From a virus (lineage: Duplodnaviria; Caudoviricetes), in IMG/VR virus record IMGVR_UViG_3300022173_000053, positions 1 through 44,412 of that record: a DNA stretch of 44,412 nucleotides, one strand, 5' to 3'. The notes below the pieces were generated by a model, which did not search any database, had not been told where the DNA came from, and saw only the letters and a list, made by a program, of their open reading frames with translations. The position numbers and the translations under genes were made by a program. This document shows, piece by piece, positions 32,128-42,229 of the stretch (its first letter is position 1; each line of letters starts with the position of its first letter).

Positions 32128-34736
32128 TGGCGCGCAGCATCCCATCCTATGATCGGCGCGTGATCGCCGACGGCATCCAGTCGGCGCCGAACGCATCAAG
32201 CAGCGTCTCGGCATCCAGCCCTGTCGGCCAGGGCTTGTCGAACTTGGGCCAGTCGCTCGGCGGCGTGGTGAACGTGCTGCAGGACGAGGCGCGGGAGAAG
32301 CGCGAGAACATGGCGGCCGTCGATGTGACGAACGTGTTGTCGCAGGGCGACGTGTACTGGCAGGAGCAGGGCACGCGCGCCATGCAGTCGTGGAAGGTGG
32401 GCGATCCTGACATCCGCGAGAAGATCGGCACCGACTTCGACAAGTGGATGAACGACTCCGAGGCGAAGCTGCCGACCGACAAGGCCCGTCAGTATTTCCG
32501 CAAGCAGGCCGTGTCGATGAAGTCGCGCCTGCAGCAAAACGCGTTCACCTACGTGGAGCGCGCGACCACTGCGAAACTGAACGCCGACAGCGACGCCGGC
32601 ATGCAGGCCGACGAGAATGTGGTGTTCGGCGACGCATCGCGCGTCGACGAGGTATATGCGCGTCGCGTCGAGCCGCTGCTGGCGCGCACCGATCTCAGCG
32701 AGGCCGAGAAGATCACGGCGGCCAACAAGTTCAAGCGCGGCCTGTACGTGGCGGCCGAGCGCGGCGAGATGGAGCGCGACCCGGTGGGCTGGTATCGCCG
32801 CCGGTTCGGTGAGTTCAATGTGAACCAGCCGGCGGGGGCGCCTGGGGCTCCGACGGGCGCGGCACCAGCCACAGGGTCCACCGCCATTGCGAACGCGATC
32901 TATGGGCAGGAATCCAGCAGCGGCAAGGCTGACACCTCGCGCGTGAATTCGCAGAACGTCACCGGCCCGATGCAGGTGCAGCAGGGCACGTTCGACGGCA
33001 TGAAGCGCATGGGCATCATCCCGAGCAGCTACGACTGGCGCAACCCCGAGCACAACAAAGACGCCGGATTCAAGTGGGTCGACTACCTGTCGGGAAAATA
33101 CAACGGTGACGCGGCCAAAGTGGCGGCGGCCTACTACGGCGGCGAGAAGGCGGTCGCAGCCGACGGCACGATCAAGCGCGAGATGCGCAACCTGCAGCGG
33201 CCTGGTGACCCGACCGTGGGGCAGTACGTCGATCAGGTGCTGGCGCGGATCAAGAAGGATTCTGGCGGCATTGTGCTGGCCTCGGCGTCAACGGGCACTG
33301 TGTCGGACGCCGGCAACGGCATGCCGGCCATCGCACCGACGCCGCCCAAAACATTCTCGGGCATGGACTACGAGCAGCAGCTTGCGCTCAAGTCGCTGGC
33401 CGAGACGCGGCTGAAGCAGCAGGCCACTGTGGCGCGCGCGCAGACCGAGACGGCGGTGCGCGACGCGACGGCCATGCACCGCGACGGCATCGTCGAGCCG
33501 CGGCCACTGGCGCGCGAGCAGTTTTCAGTGTTCGGCGCCGACGGCCCGAAGATGTATGAGGAATACGAGAAGTCGCGCCAGATGGGTGCCGACATCGCCG
33601 GCTTCAAAACGCAGAGCGAGGCCGAGATTCAGGCGGCGCTGACGGGTTCGACCCCGCAGCCTGGTGAGGGCTACGCCACCGCCGACGCGCGTCAGGGTAT
33701 CCGCGTGCAGGCCGCCCAGCAGGTGCTGCAGCAGCGCGCCGCCGATCCGGCTGGCTACGTGGTGAAGAACAGCGACAGCCTGCGCAAGCAGCGCGCACTG
33801 ATCGACGACCCGGCGACGCCCGCCGACCAGCGCCCGGCACTGGTGCAGAAGTACGTGGCCGAGAGCATTGCCGAGCAGCAGCGCCTGGGCATCGCGGCGC
33901 CGAAGATCCTCACGCCAGGCCAGTCGGATGCGATCGCGCGCAAGGCCATGACGGCCCAGAAGCCCGAGGACTCGGCGAACTTGATCGGCGGGCTTGAGGC
34001 TGAGTACGGCCGTTTCTTCCCGCAGGTGTTCAACCAACTGGTGGCCGAGAAGAAGATCGCTGGCGAGTTGCTGATCATCCCGAACCTGCCGTCGCCGGTG
34101 GCGCGCGAGATGGTGTCGCGCTTGGCCCGGGTGAAGGAATCGGATCTCACCCAGGGCCTGAGCAACGACGTGCAGAAGTCGGTGAAGGAGGAAACGGTCG
34201 CCACCATGGGCGAGTTCTCCAAGACCATCCCGTTCATGACCGAGCAGGCCGCCGGCACAGTGAACGCCTACGAGACGACCATGCGCAAACTGGCGTTCTC
34301 GCTGACGCAAGCCGGCATGAAGCCCGTGGAGGCCGCCGACAAGGCGCGCGAAATGTTGCTCGGGCACTACACATTCGAGGACACGGCGCGCATCCCGCGC
34401 GGGGTCGACGTTCGCAAGGTGCTGCGCGGCGGCATGTTCATGCTGCAGAACGACCTGAAAGGTATCGACGCGCCGCCCGACGTGGCCGGCAACCGCACGC
34501 CCGAGCAGGCTGCTGCCGAGTGGCAGGACACGGTGCGCGCGCGGCCGCAGTGGTTCACGTCCGAAGATGACGGCGGCTTGCAGTTGTTCGCCACCGGCTC
34601 GAACGGTGTGCGCTACCGCGTGACCCGCGGGGGCAAGCCTGTGTCCTACACTTGGGCAGACCTCGCTGGCCGCGTGAGCACGAACTCCGGCCGCGTTTCC
34701 ACCGGTGTGATTCAAGACATGACTGGAACCCGCTGA
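32127..34736 (+). CDS. Internal virion (ejection) protein with a lytic-transglycosylase domain
   Basis: AI..QESS, GPMQV...TF, N..AG..YL...Y.GD....AAYY.G at about 32890-33250. Confidence 0.8.
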   Translation: MARSIPSYDRRVIADGIQSAPNASSSVSASSPVGQGLSNLGQSLGGVVNVLQDEAREKRENMAAVDVTNVLSQGDVYWQEQGTRAMQSWKVGDPDIREKIGTDFDKWMNDSEAKLPTDKARQYFRKQAVSMKSRLQQNAFTYVERATTAKLNADSDAGMQADENVVFGDASRVDEVYARRVEPLLARTDLSEAEKITAANKFKRGLYVAAERGEMERDPVGWYRRRFGEFNVNQPAGAPGAPTGAAPATGSTAIANAIYGQESSSGKADTSRVNSQNVTGPMQVQQGTFDGMKRMGIIPSSYDWRNPEHNKDAGFKWVDYLSGKYNGDAAKVAAAYYGGEKAVAADGTIKREMRNLQRPGDPTVGQYVDQVLARIKKDSGGIVLASASTGTVSDAGNGMPAIAPTPPKTFSGMDYEQQLALKSLAETRLKQQATVARAQTETAVRDATAMHRDGIVEPRPLAREQFSVFGADGPKMYEEYEKSRQMGADIAGFKTQSEAEIQAALTGSTPQPGEGYATADARQGIRVQAAQQVLQQRAADPAGYVVKNSDSLRKQRALIDDPATPADQRPALVQKYVAESIAEQQRLGIAAPKILTPGQSDAIARKAMTAQKPEDSANLIGGLEAEYGRFFPQVFNQLVAEKKIAGELLIIPNLPSPVAREMVSRLARVKESDLTQGLSNDVQKSVKEETVATMGEFSKTIPFMTEQAAGTVNAYETTMRKLAFSLTQAGMKPVEAADKAREMLLGHYTFEDTARIPRGVDVRKVLRGGMFMLQNDLKGIDAPPDVAGNRTPEQAAAEWQDTVRARPQWFTSEDDGGLQLFATGSNGVRYRVTRGGKPVSYTWADLAGRVSTNSGRVSTGVIQDMTGTR

Positions 34737-37700
34737 TGCCTCTCTACCTCGGCCAAGACGACGCCGGCACCTCGCAGTTCTCGCTGCAGGACTTTGAGCC
34801 ATCCTGGGCTTCGAAGATGAACGCATCCGTGCGTGAGGCTTGGCTGGAATCGTATGGCCCGGCGGCGCTGGATTACGCGATCCCGAAAGTGGCGCAGTTC
34901 CTCGGTGATGACACCAGCGCGAAACTCTCGGCGGCGGAGGCTGGCGACAAAATCAAGGAGTCGGGGGTCAAGTGGACCAAGCCGCTGGCAGACGGCCAGT
35001 ACACGCGAACGCAACTCGACATCATGCTCGAACGCCAGCGCGAACTGCAGGCCGTGAAAGACATCCGCGAGCGCACGCCATGGGATCTGAGCTCACCCCT
35101 GCGCGGCGCGGCCATGTTCGGCGCCGGCATCGCTGACCCGATCAACCTGGCCACCGCGTTCGTCCCGTGGACCAAAGCGCTGCCCATGGCGGCCGGCCTG
35201 CGCGCCGCGACGGTGGGTGGCTCGCTCGCTAGTCGCACCGGTGCGCGCTTTGCTGTCGGCGCGGCTGACGGCGGCATCTCAACACTGGCGCTGGAGCCGG
35301 CCTACTCGTTCGTGCGCAACGAACTCGGCGACGACTACGGCGCATTCGACTCGCTGGCGAACATTGCGTTCGGCACGGCATTCGGTGGCGGCATCCATGC
35401 CATCGGCGGGGCAGGGGCTGACGCGTTCCGCGCGCTGCGCTCGCGCCGGCCGGATGCCGTGCTGCCGCCGACGCCTGATGCCATGGCTGCCGCGCGCGAC
35501 ATGACGCCGGAGCAGCGCGCCGAGGCAGGTGTGGCGCCTGAGTCTGCGCGGGCTGGCATGCCTGAGATCGTGGAGCCGCGGGCACCCGCCGAGCCTGAAA
35601 TCCAGCCGGCGGCGCGCACGGCCGACGAACTGGCCGCGCAGATGCCCACGAAGCGCAACGACCTGATGGTCTACCTGCGCGACAACGGCGGTATCTCCCC
35701 GAAGCTGGCGCGCGATGCTGCCGGCGAGAACGGCGCGCTGCTGAACCGCAAATTGCCGGGCGTGATCAAGTCACGCGGCGCGCAGAACTACGACCAGATC
35801 GCCCAGAAACTGAGCGAGGACGGCTGGCTTCCTGAGGGCCTGGACCCGGCGAGCGCCGAGGGCGAGCGCATGACAGCCGACATTGTTTCGCGCGCGCTGA
35901 ATGGCGAGACGGTGCTGCGGGCTGCCGACGAACTGCAGCAGGCCGAACTGCGCGCGCGCCAGGCGTTCGATGAAGCGGACGTGCTGCGGTTTGAACTGGA
36001 AACCGAGGCCCGACTGGAGCGTGAGGCGATCCAAGCCGAGGCATCCATGGCGCGCACCATCGCCGAGGAAATCGATCCCGAAACCCGCGAGGCCGCCCTG
36101 CGCTCTGCCGTGGCGCAATCCGTCGACGGCCGCACCGTGGATGTGGAGGCAGTCGTCGGGCAGGACCCGGTGCTCGGCACCGCCACGAAGCGTGACGCAG
36201 CCGAGGCGGCCCAGCGCGCGCAGGAGCCTGAGTCCGTGGACCTTGCAGACTTCGAAGCGTCGGACGCCGTGGCTGCGCGCGTGGATTCTGGTGCGCGCTG
36301 GGATGGGATCACTGATGCCGAGGCAGCGCTGGGTGAGGCCGATCTGGCGCTGAATGAGACGGTGAAGGCGGGGGGTGATGCGTTTCGGTACAGCCGAGAG
36401 GGTGTGACGGAGACGCCTGCGTTCAAGGCTTGGTTTGGTGAGTCGAAGGTGGTCGGCGCCGACGGCAGGCCGCTGGCGGTGTTTCACGGCACCACATCCG
36501 ACTTCAGTCAGTTCGACCCCGGCAAGCGTGGGTCTGTGACCGGCGTGAGCGACGCCAAAAAGGGTTTCTTCTTTGCCGCCAGTGGCAAGGCGGCCAGCGA
36601 GTTCACGTGGGCCAGTGGCGACATGACGGGCAGCGTGATGCCTGTTTACCTGTCTTTTCAAGACCCGCTTGTCGTGACGATTCCTGGCGAGTGGGCGCCC
36701 GGGAAATACGACGCGGCGCTTGATCGTGCCAAGGCGCAAGGCAATGACGGCGTGATTGTGCGAGGCGCGACAACGCTGGGAACCGTAGCGGATTACTACA
36801 TTGCCTTCGAGTCCACCCAGATCAAATCCGCCACCGGCAACCGCGGCACTTTTGACCCCAAAAACCCCGACATCCGCTACAGCCTCGGCGAGATGGGCAT
36901 CACCGGCGAGGCGTCGCTGACCGTGCTCGCCGACGCTCTGCGCCAGTCATTTGGCGCCAGCACCGACGCCATGCTCGCCCGCGGCCAAATCCAGACCGTG
37001 GCCACGCCAGCAGACATCCCCGGCGGCCCACACCCGGGCGACGTGAAGGCAGCCACAGCACCCGACGGCCGCGTGTACGTGGTGGCCGAGAACGTATCTC
37101 CAGCCGAGGCGCGCGGCATCCTGCTGCACGAGGTGGGTGTGCACGTGGGCATGCGCGACATGCTTGGCCCCGAGGTGTTCGATTCCGTGCTGGCTGACTT
37201 GGATGCCGCCATCATCGGCGGCGAGGCATGGGCCCAGGCAGCGCGCGCTGCCGTGCCTGCTGACACCCCGGCCGGCCTGGTGCGCGAGGAACAGCTTGCC
37301 TACCTCGTGGAGAACTCCCCCGAACTGCCGATCGTGCAGCGGATCATCGCGGCCATCCGCGCGTGGGCGTACCGGAATTTCGAGTTCGCGCGCGACGCCA
37401 TCGAACTGACCGAGGCGGATTTCCGGGCGATGGCTGTGAGCGCGTTGCATCATGTGGCGCGCAACCGGGTGACGCGTGACGGATCGTCGGCGTTCTCGCG
37501 CCTGTCCAGCGACGGCGAGCCCGTGCCCGAGGGCATCACCATCCGCGAAACCCCCGAAGGATTCGAGGCGATCGACGCCCTTGGCCAGCGCGTGGGCTAC
37601 CTGCAGGACAACCTGCCGCGTGGCGCGGCTGAGAAACTGAACGAGAACGCCAGCGTCGACATTGTGAAGGTCGACCCGACGATCAAGGGCCAGGGCATCG

Positions 37701-40600
37701 GCCGCGCGCTGTACGCCGCCTTCAATGAAAAGCACGGCGGGCGCATCACCCCGTCGGGCAAGACCTCGCTGGACGCATGGCGCCTGTGGAAGCGCAATTT
37801 CCCCGAGCGCGTCGACGCATTCATCGCTCAGGAAGCCGATCGCATCCGGGGTGGCGCCGACGCGCGCATGGTGATCGGCAACATCACCGACGCCGAGGTG
37901 GCCCAGCGCGTCATGGAGGAATCGGCTGGCTCCGGCATGAAATACAGCCGCGGCGAGACGCCCGACCCGTCGACCATCCCCGACGAACTCAAGCCCTACG
38001 AGGAACGCATCGTGCGCGCGAAGGCCTACGCGGCCGTGCTGCGCGCTGCGGCCGACAAGCTGGCGAACGATGCCCAAGCCACCGAGGCGATGCGCGCGGC
38101 CATGCCCGACATCACCCCGCAGGAGATCGGTGCGCTGCTCGACGGCCTGCGCAAACAGGTTGCAGGACTGCGTGGCGTGGCCCGGTATGCGGCCCAGGCT
38201 GTTCGCGCCGAGGACTTCGCCAACACGCTACAGATCGACGCCATGAAGGCCGCCGACGAACTGGCGAACAACCTGCAACTGGCGGCCGTGATCGAGAAGC
38301 GCAACGCGGCGCTGAACATCAACGCGCGGCTGAAAGCGACCTCGTACCTCAACCAGTTTCGCGCCGCGAAACTCGACTTCGAAGGATTTCGCGGCTTGCT
38401 GGTGGGCACCGAGCGCAAGCGGGCAGGGGGCCGGATCTCGGTCGACGCCGAGCAGAAGCAGTTTCGCGGCGAGTGGCTGGGCGGCCTGATCGCCGATCTC
38501 GAGAAGTCCGACCTGATGCCGCAGTTCACCTCGGGCGAGTTCGACCGCGACATCTACGCGGCGATGTGGAATCTGGGGAAAAACCGCGACGTGTCCAAGC
38601 TGCCGCCCGAGGCCGTGCAGATCGCCAAGGTGCTGGAGAAATACCAGACCGACGCGCGCGACACCCGCAACCGGTTCGGCGCATGGATTCGCGACCTGAA
38701 TGGCTACATCACCCGCCAGTCGCACGATATGTTCAAGATCCGCGACGCTGGCGAGCAGGCGTTCAAGGACTACGTGCTGCCACGGTTGGACATGAACCGC
38801 TCGCTGCGCGACTTCGAAGGCTCGGCCGACGACTTCCTGACGCGCGTGTATGACGACTTCGCGGCTGGCAGCCACATGAAAACGCAGGCCGGCGAGGTGG
38901 ACACGGTGGCGTTCGGCGCCGGCGCAAACCTGGCCCGGCGCGAGTCGGCAAGCAGGGTGCTGTACTTCAAGGACGGCAACGCGGCATTCGAGTACAACCA
39001 GAAGTTCGGCATGGGCACACTGGCGCAGTCGGTGCTGCAGGGCCTCGACCACGCGGCAAAGTCGGCCGGCCTGCTGAAAGTGCTGGGCACCAACCCCGAG
39101 CAGACTGCGACGCGCCTGTTCGACGAATACGCCGAGACGCTGCGCGGCGACCCTGCGCGCCGGGCGGCCTTCCTGAGCAAGCGCACAGAGCTCGCCAACC
39201 TGCTGGCCCAGGTCGACGGCTCAGTGAACATCCCGGGCAACGTCACGGCGGCGCGCATCTCGGCGTTCTTCCGGGCATGGCAGTCGATCTCCAAGCTGGG
39301 CGGCGCACTGATCTCATCCGTGACCGACCTGTCGAACTACGCGGCCGAACTGCGTTTCGGACAGGACAAGAACCTGCTGACCGGCACACTGGACGGCATC
39401 GGCGCGCTCACCCGGGGCCGGGCTGCCGGCGAGAAGAAGCAGATACTGTCCTCGCTCGGCGTGTTCCACGAGTCGACGCTGGGCTCGGTGTTCGCAAGGT
39501 TCGACAGCCCGGACCTGCTCGGCGGAAAAATGTCGTGGGCCATGCAGCAGTTCTTCAAGCTCAACGGCCTGAACTGGTGGACCGAGACGCTGCGCGACGG
39601 CTACGCGCTTACGCACTCGCACTACCTGGCGACGAACTCCAGCAAGGCGTTCGACAAGCTGCCCGACGGCCTGCGCGATATGTTGGGCCTTTACAACATC
39701 GATGCCGGCAAGTGGGAAGTGCTGCGCACCTCGGCCATGAAGGAAGCCGACGGCCGCCAGTACATGACCCCGGACGGCCTGCGCACAGTGCCGCGCGCGA
39801 CGCTGGAGGCCTACATCGCCAGCCGTGGGCGCACGGTGTCGGACACCTCGGTGCAGAACCTGGTGGACGACCTCTCGGGCGCGCTGCGGGCCATGACGAT
39901 CGACCGCATGCACCACGCCGTGATCGAGCCCGGCGCTCGCACCCGTGCATTCATGCTGCGCGGCACACAGCCTGGCACTGTGGCCGGCGAGTTGCTGCGG
40001 TTCATCGGCCAGTTCAAGTCGTTCCCCGTGGCGCTGATCCAATCGACGCTCGGCCGCGAGGTGTACGGGCGCGGCTACGACACGCTCGGCGACTACCTGA
40101 AGCGCGGCAAAGGCGACATGCTGGGCCTGGCCACGTTCATTGCGCTGTCGACCGCCATGGGCTACGCGGCGATGGCGGCCAAGGATCTGCTGCGCGGCAA
40201 GAACCCACGGCCTGTCGACGACCCCAAGACGTGGGCGGCCGCCATGGTGCAGGGCGGTGGGCTCGGCCTGTACGGCGACTTCCTGTTCGGCAAATACAAC
40301 CGCATGGGCGGCTCGCTGACAGGCTCGATGGCCGGGCCGGTGGCGAACCTGGCAGACACCGTGGCCGATCTCTGGACGCGCATTCGCACGGGGGACGACT
40401 TCGGCGCCGTTGCGTTCAATGCCGCGCTGCAGAACACCCCGTTCATGAGCCTGTTCTACACCCGCGCCGCGCTGGACTACCTGATCCTGTACCAGATTCA
40501 GGAGTCGCTGAACCCGGGGTTCTTGCGCCGCATGGAGCGCCGCATCCAGCGCGAGAACGACCAGACGTTTTATCTGCCGCCTTCGCAGGTGGTGAGGTGA
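34736..40600 (+). CDS. Large internal virion/ejection polyvalent protein (ART-like, zincin-like and GNAT domains)
   Basis: TPAFKAWFG.SKVV..DG.PL..FHGT (ART-PolyVal-like), LLHEVGVH, V.P..KGQGIGRALY. The C-terminal half is typical of podovirus gp16-like proteins. Confidence 0.82.
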   Translation: MPLYLGQDDAGTSQFSLQDFEPSWASKMNASVREAWLESYGPAALDYAIPKVAQFLGDDTSAKLSAAEAGDKIKESGVKWTKPLADGQYTRTQLDIMLERQRELQAVKDIRERTPWDLSSPLRGAAMFGAGIADPINLATAFVPWTKALPMAAGLRAATVGGSLASRTGARFAVGAADGGISTLALEPAYSFVRNELGDDYGAFDSLANIAFGTAFGGGIHAIGGAGADAFRALRSRRPDAVLPPTPDAMAAARDMTPEQRAEAGVAPESARAGMPEIVEPRAPAEPEIQPAARTADELAAQMPTKRNDLMVYLRDNGGISPKLARDAAGENGALLNRKLPGVIKSRGAQNYDQIAQKLSEDGWLPEGLDPASAEGERMTADIVSRALNGETVLRAADELQQAELRARQAFDEADVLRFELETEARLEREAIQAEASMARTIAEEIDPETREAALRSAVAQSVDGRTVDVEAVVGQDPVLGTATKRDAAEAAQRAQEPESVDLADFEASDAVAARVDSGARWDGITDAEAALGEADLALNETVKAGGDAFRYSREGVTETPAFKAWFGESKVVGADGRPLAVFHGTTSDFSQFDPGKRGSVTGVSDAKKGFFFAASGKAASEFTWASGDMTGSVMPVYLSFQDPLVVTIPGEWAPGKYDAALDRAKAQGNDGVIVRGATTLGTVADYYIAFESTQIKSATGNRGTFDPKNPDIRYSLGEMGITGEASLTVLADALRQSFGASTDAMLARGQIQTVATPADIPGGPHPGDVKAATAPDGRVYVVAENVSPAEARGILLHEVGVHVGMRDMLGPEVFDSVLADLDAAIIGGEAWAQAARAAVPADTPAGLVREEQLAYLVENSPELPIVQRIIAAIRAWAYRNFEFARDAIELTEADFRAMAVSALHHVARNRVTRDGSSAFSRLSSDGEPVPEGITIRETPEGFEAIDALGQRVGYLQDNLPRGAAEKLNENASVDIVKVDPTIKGQGIGRALYAAFNEKHGGRITPSGKTSLDAWRLWKRNFPERVDAFIAQEADRIRGGADARMVIGNITDAEVAQRVMEESAGSGMKYSRGETPDPSTIPDELKPYEERIVRAKAYAAVLRAAADKLANDAQATEAMRAAMPDITPQEIGALLDGLRKQVAGLRGVARYAAQAVRAEDFANTLQIDAMKAADELANNLQLAAVIEKRNAALNINARLKATSYLNQFRAAKLDFEGFRGLLVGTERKRAGGRISVDAEQKQFRGEWLGGLIADLEKSDLMPQFTSGEFDRDIYAAMWNLGKNRDVSKLPPEAVQIAKVLEKYQTDARDTRNRFGAWIRDLNGYITRQSHDMFKIRDAGEQAFKDYVLPRLDMNRSLRDFEGSADDFLTRVYDDFAAGSHMKTQAGEVDTVAFGAGANLARRESASRVLYFKDGNAAFEYNQKFGMGTLAQSVLQGLDHAAKSAGLLKVLGTNPEQTATRLFDEYAETLRGDPARRAAFLSKRTELANLLAQVDGSVNIPGNVTAARISAFFRAWQSISKLGGALISSVTDLSNYAAELRFGQDKNLLTGTLDGIGALTRGRAAGEKKQILSSLGVFHESTLGSVFARFDSPDLLGGKMSWAMQQFFKLNGLNWWTETLRDGYALTHSHYLATNSSKAFDKLPDGLRDMLGLYNIDAGKWEVLRTSAMKEADGRQYMTPDGLRTVPRATLEAYIASRGRTVSDTSVQNLVDDLSGALRAMTIDRMHHAVIEPGARTRAFMLRGTQPGTVAGELLRFIGQFKSFPVALIQSTLGREVYGRGYDTLGDYLKRGKGDMLGLATFIALSTAMGYAAMAAKDLLRGKNPRPVDDPKTWAAAMVQGGGLGLYGDFLFGKYNRMGGSLTGSMAGPVANLADTVADLWTRIRTGDDFGAVAFNAALQNTPFMSLFYTRAALDYLILYQIQESLNPGFLRRMERRIQRENDQTFYLPPSQVVR

Positions 40601-40622
40601 TCCGCCTTGCGTTGACGCCTGT

Positions 40623-40639
40623 GGTGTGAAACCCACATC
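40623..40639. promoter_or_regulatory. 17-bp operator-like site upstream of the tail fibre
   Basis: GGTGTGAAACCCACATC, followed by TAGAAT at 40645. Confidence 0.6.
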
Positions 40640-40672
40640 GTTGTTAGAATGCCGCAACCACTGGAGCCCTGA

Positions 40673-42229
40673 ATGACCGTCGCCACCTCCACCTCGAAGT
40701 CGGGACCATACGCCGGGGCCGGGACCACTGGCCCGTTCACGGTCGGGTTTCGCTTTCTCGCGACCGATCACCTCCAGGTGGTGCAGACAGATGACGATGG
40801 CGTCGAGACGGTGCTGGTGCTGGACACCGACTACACCGTCGCTGGCGTTGGCGCCGGCTCTGGCTCCGTGACGCTGCTGGCCGCGCTGCCTGTTGGCGAG
40901 ACGCTGACGATCACGCGCGACGTGCCGTTCACGCAGGAAGCCGACTACGTGGCGAACGACGCGTTCCCCGCCGAGTCGCACGAGCGCGCGCTGGATCTGC
41001 TGACCATGCAGACGCAGCAACTGAATGAGCAGGTGGCGCGCGCTGCAAAACTTCCAGTCTCCAGCACGGCCGATGCCGACGCCCTGGTGGCCGACATCGT
41101 GCTGCTCGCTGACAACCTGGCCACGCTCGACGTGGTGGCGAGCAGCATCGACGACGTGCAGGCGGTGGCAGCCATTGACGCCGATGTGTCTGTGGTGGCT
41201 TCAAACGTCGCAGACGTGACGAACTTTGCCGACGTGTACCTTGGGCCATCGGCGACAGACCCGACGCTGCGCGCCGACGGCTCTGCGCTGCAGATCGGCG
41301 ACCTGTATTTCAACACCGGCACCTCGCTGATCCGGGTGTATTCGTCGCTCGGCTGGGTCGATGCGCAGACACCGGTGCCGATCACAATCACGCGCCAGCA
41401 GTTCAACGGCACGGGCGCGCAAACGGCATTCACGCTGTCCTCGGCGCCGGCCTTCCTGAACGCTTTGTTCGTGGAAATCTCTGGCGTGTCGCAGGTGCCA
41501 TCGGTGGACTACACGCTGTCGGGCACGACGCTGACGTTCACGGCGCCGCCACCGTTGGGCACGGGGAACATTCTGGCGCGGTGGTTTACCCCGATTGCGG
41601 CAGGTGTGCCCAACGATGGGTCTGTGACGCTGGCGAAACTGGATGGCGCTTTCATTTTGCCTATTGCGCAAGGTGGCACAGGTGCTGCGACAGCCGCAGC
41701 GGCGCGGTCGTCGCTCGGGTTGGCCATTGGTACGGACGTGCTGGCCCCAAATGGCAGCGGGACGGCGCTGACCGGGATCAGCAGACTGGCTCAAACCGTC
41801 TCAAACTTGAGCGGCAACGTAGCCACGGGGACGACGCAAATTCCGTGGGACGACACCATCCCACAAAACACTGAGGGCGATCCTTACGCGAGCGTGGTCA
41901 TCACCCCGCAGAACGCTGCGAGCACGCTTGTGGTGGAGGTGATCATGAATATCACCAACAGCAGCGTGAGTCAGAACACTGTGGCTCTGTTTCGGGACTC
42001 TGGCGCAAACGCCTTGGCCGCTGCGGCGAACTACAACCCAGCATCGGGCCAGCCTGGCCGCATCGTGTTCACCCACTCTGTAGCGGCGGGAAGCACGGCA
42101 GCGACAACCTTTGTTGTCCGCGCTGGTGGTTCTGTCGCCGGGACCATCACTGTCAACGGATCAGGAGGGGTAAGGCGATATGGCGGCGTCATGGTGTCTG
42201 GCTTGGTTGTGCGGGAGTATCTGCCATGA
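40673..42229 (+). CDS. Tail fibre protein (T7 gp17-like N-terminal anchor)
   Basis: Y.G.G.T..F...F.F....L.V, DY.V.G, TI.R..P.TQ, E.ALD.LTM..QQ anchor, plus a distal jelly-roll-like tip. Confidence 0.88.
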   Translation: MTVATSTSKSGPYAGAGTTGPFTVGFRFLATDHLQVVQTDDDGVETVLVLDTDYTVAGVGAGSGSVTLLAALPVGETLTITRDVPFTQEADYVANDAFPAESHERALDLLTMQTQQLNEQVARAAKLPVSSTADADALVADIVLLADNLATLDVVASSIDDVQAVAAIDADVSVVASNVADVTNFADVYLGPSATDPTLRADGSALQIGDLYFNTGTSLIRVYSSLGWVDAQTPVPITITRQQFNGTGAQTAFTLSSAPAFLNALFVEISGVSQVPSVDYTLSGTTLTFTAPPPLGTGNILARWFTPIAAGVPNDGSVTLAKLDGAFILPIAQGGTGAATAAAARSSLGLAIGTDVLAPNGSGTALTGISRLAQTVSNLSGNVATGTTQIPWDDTIPQNTEGDPYASVVITPQNAASTLVVEVIMNITNSSVSQNTVALFRDSGANALAAAANYNPASGQPGRIVFTHSVAAGSTAATTFVVRAGGSVAGTITVNGSGGVRRYGGVMVSGLVVREYLP

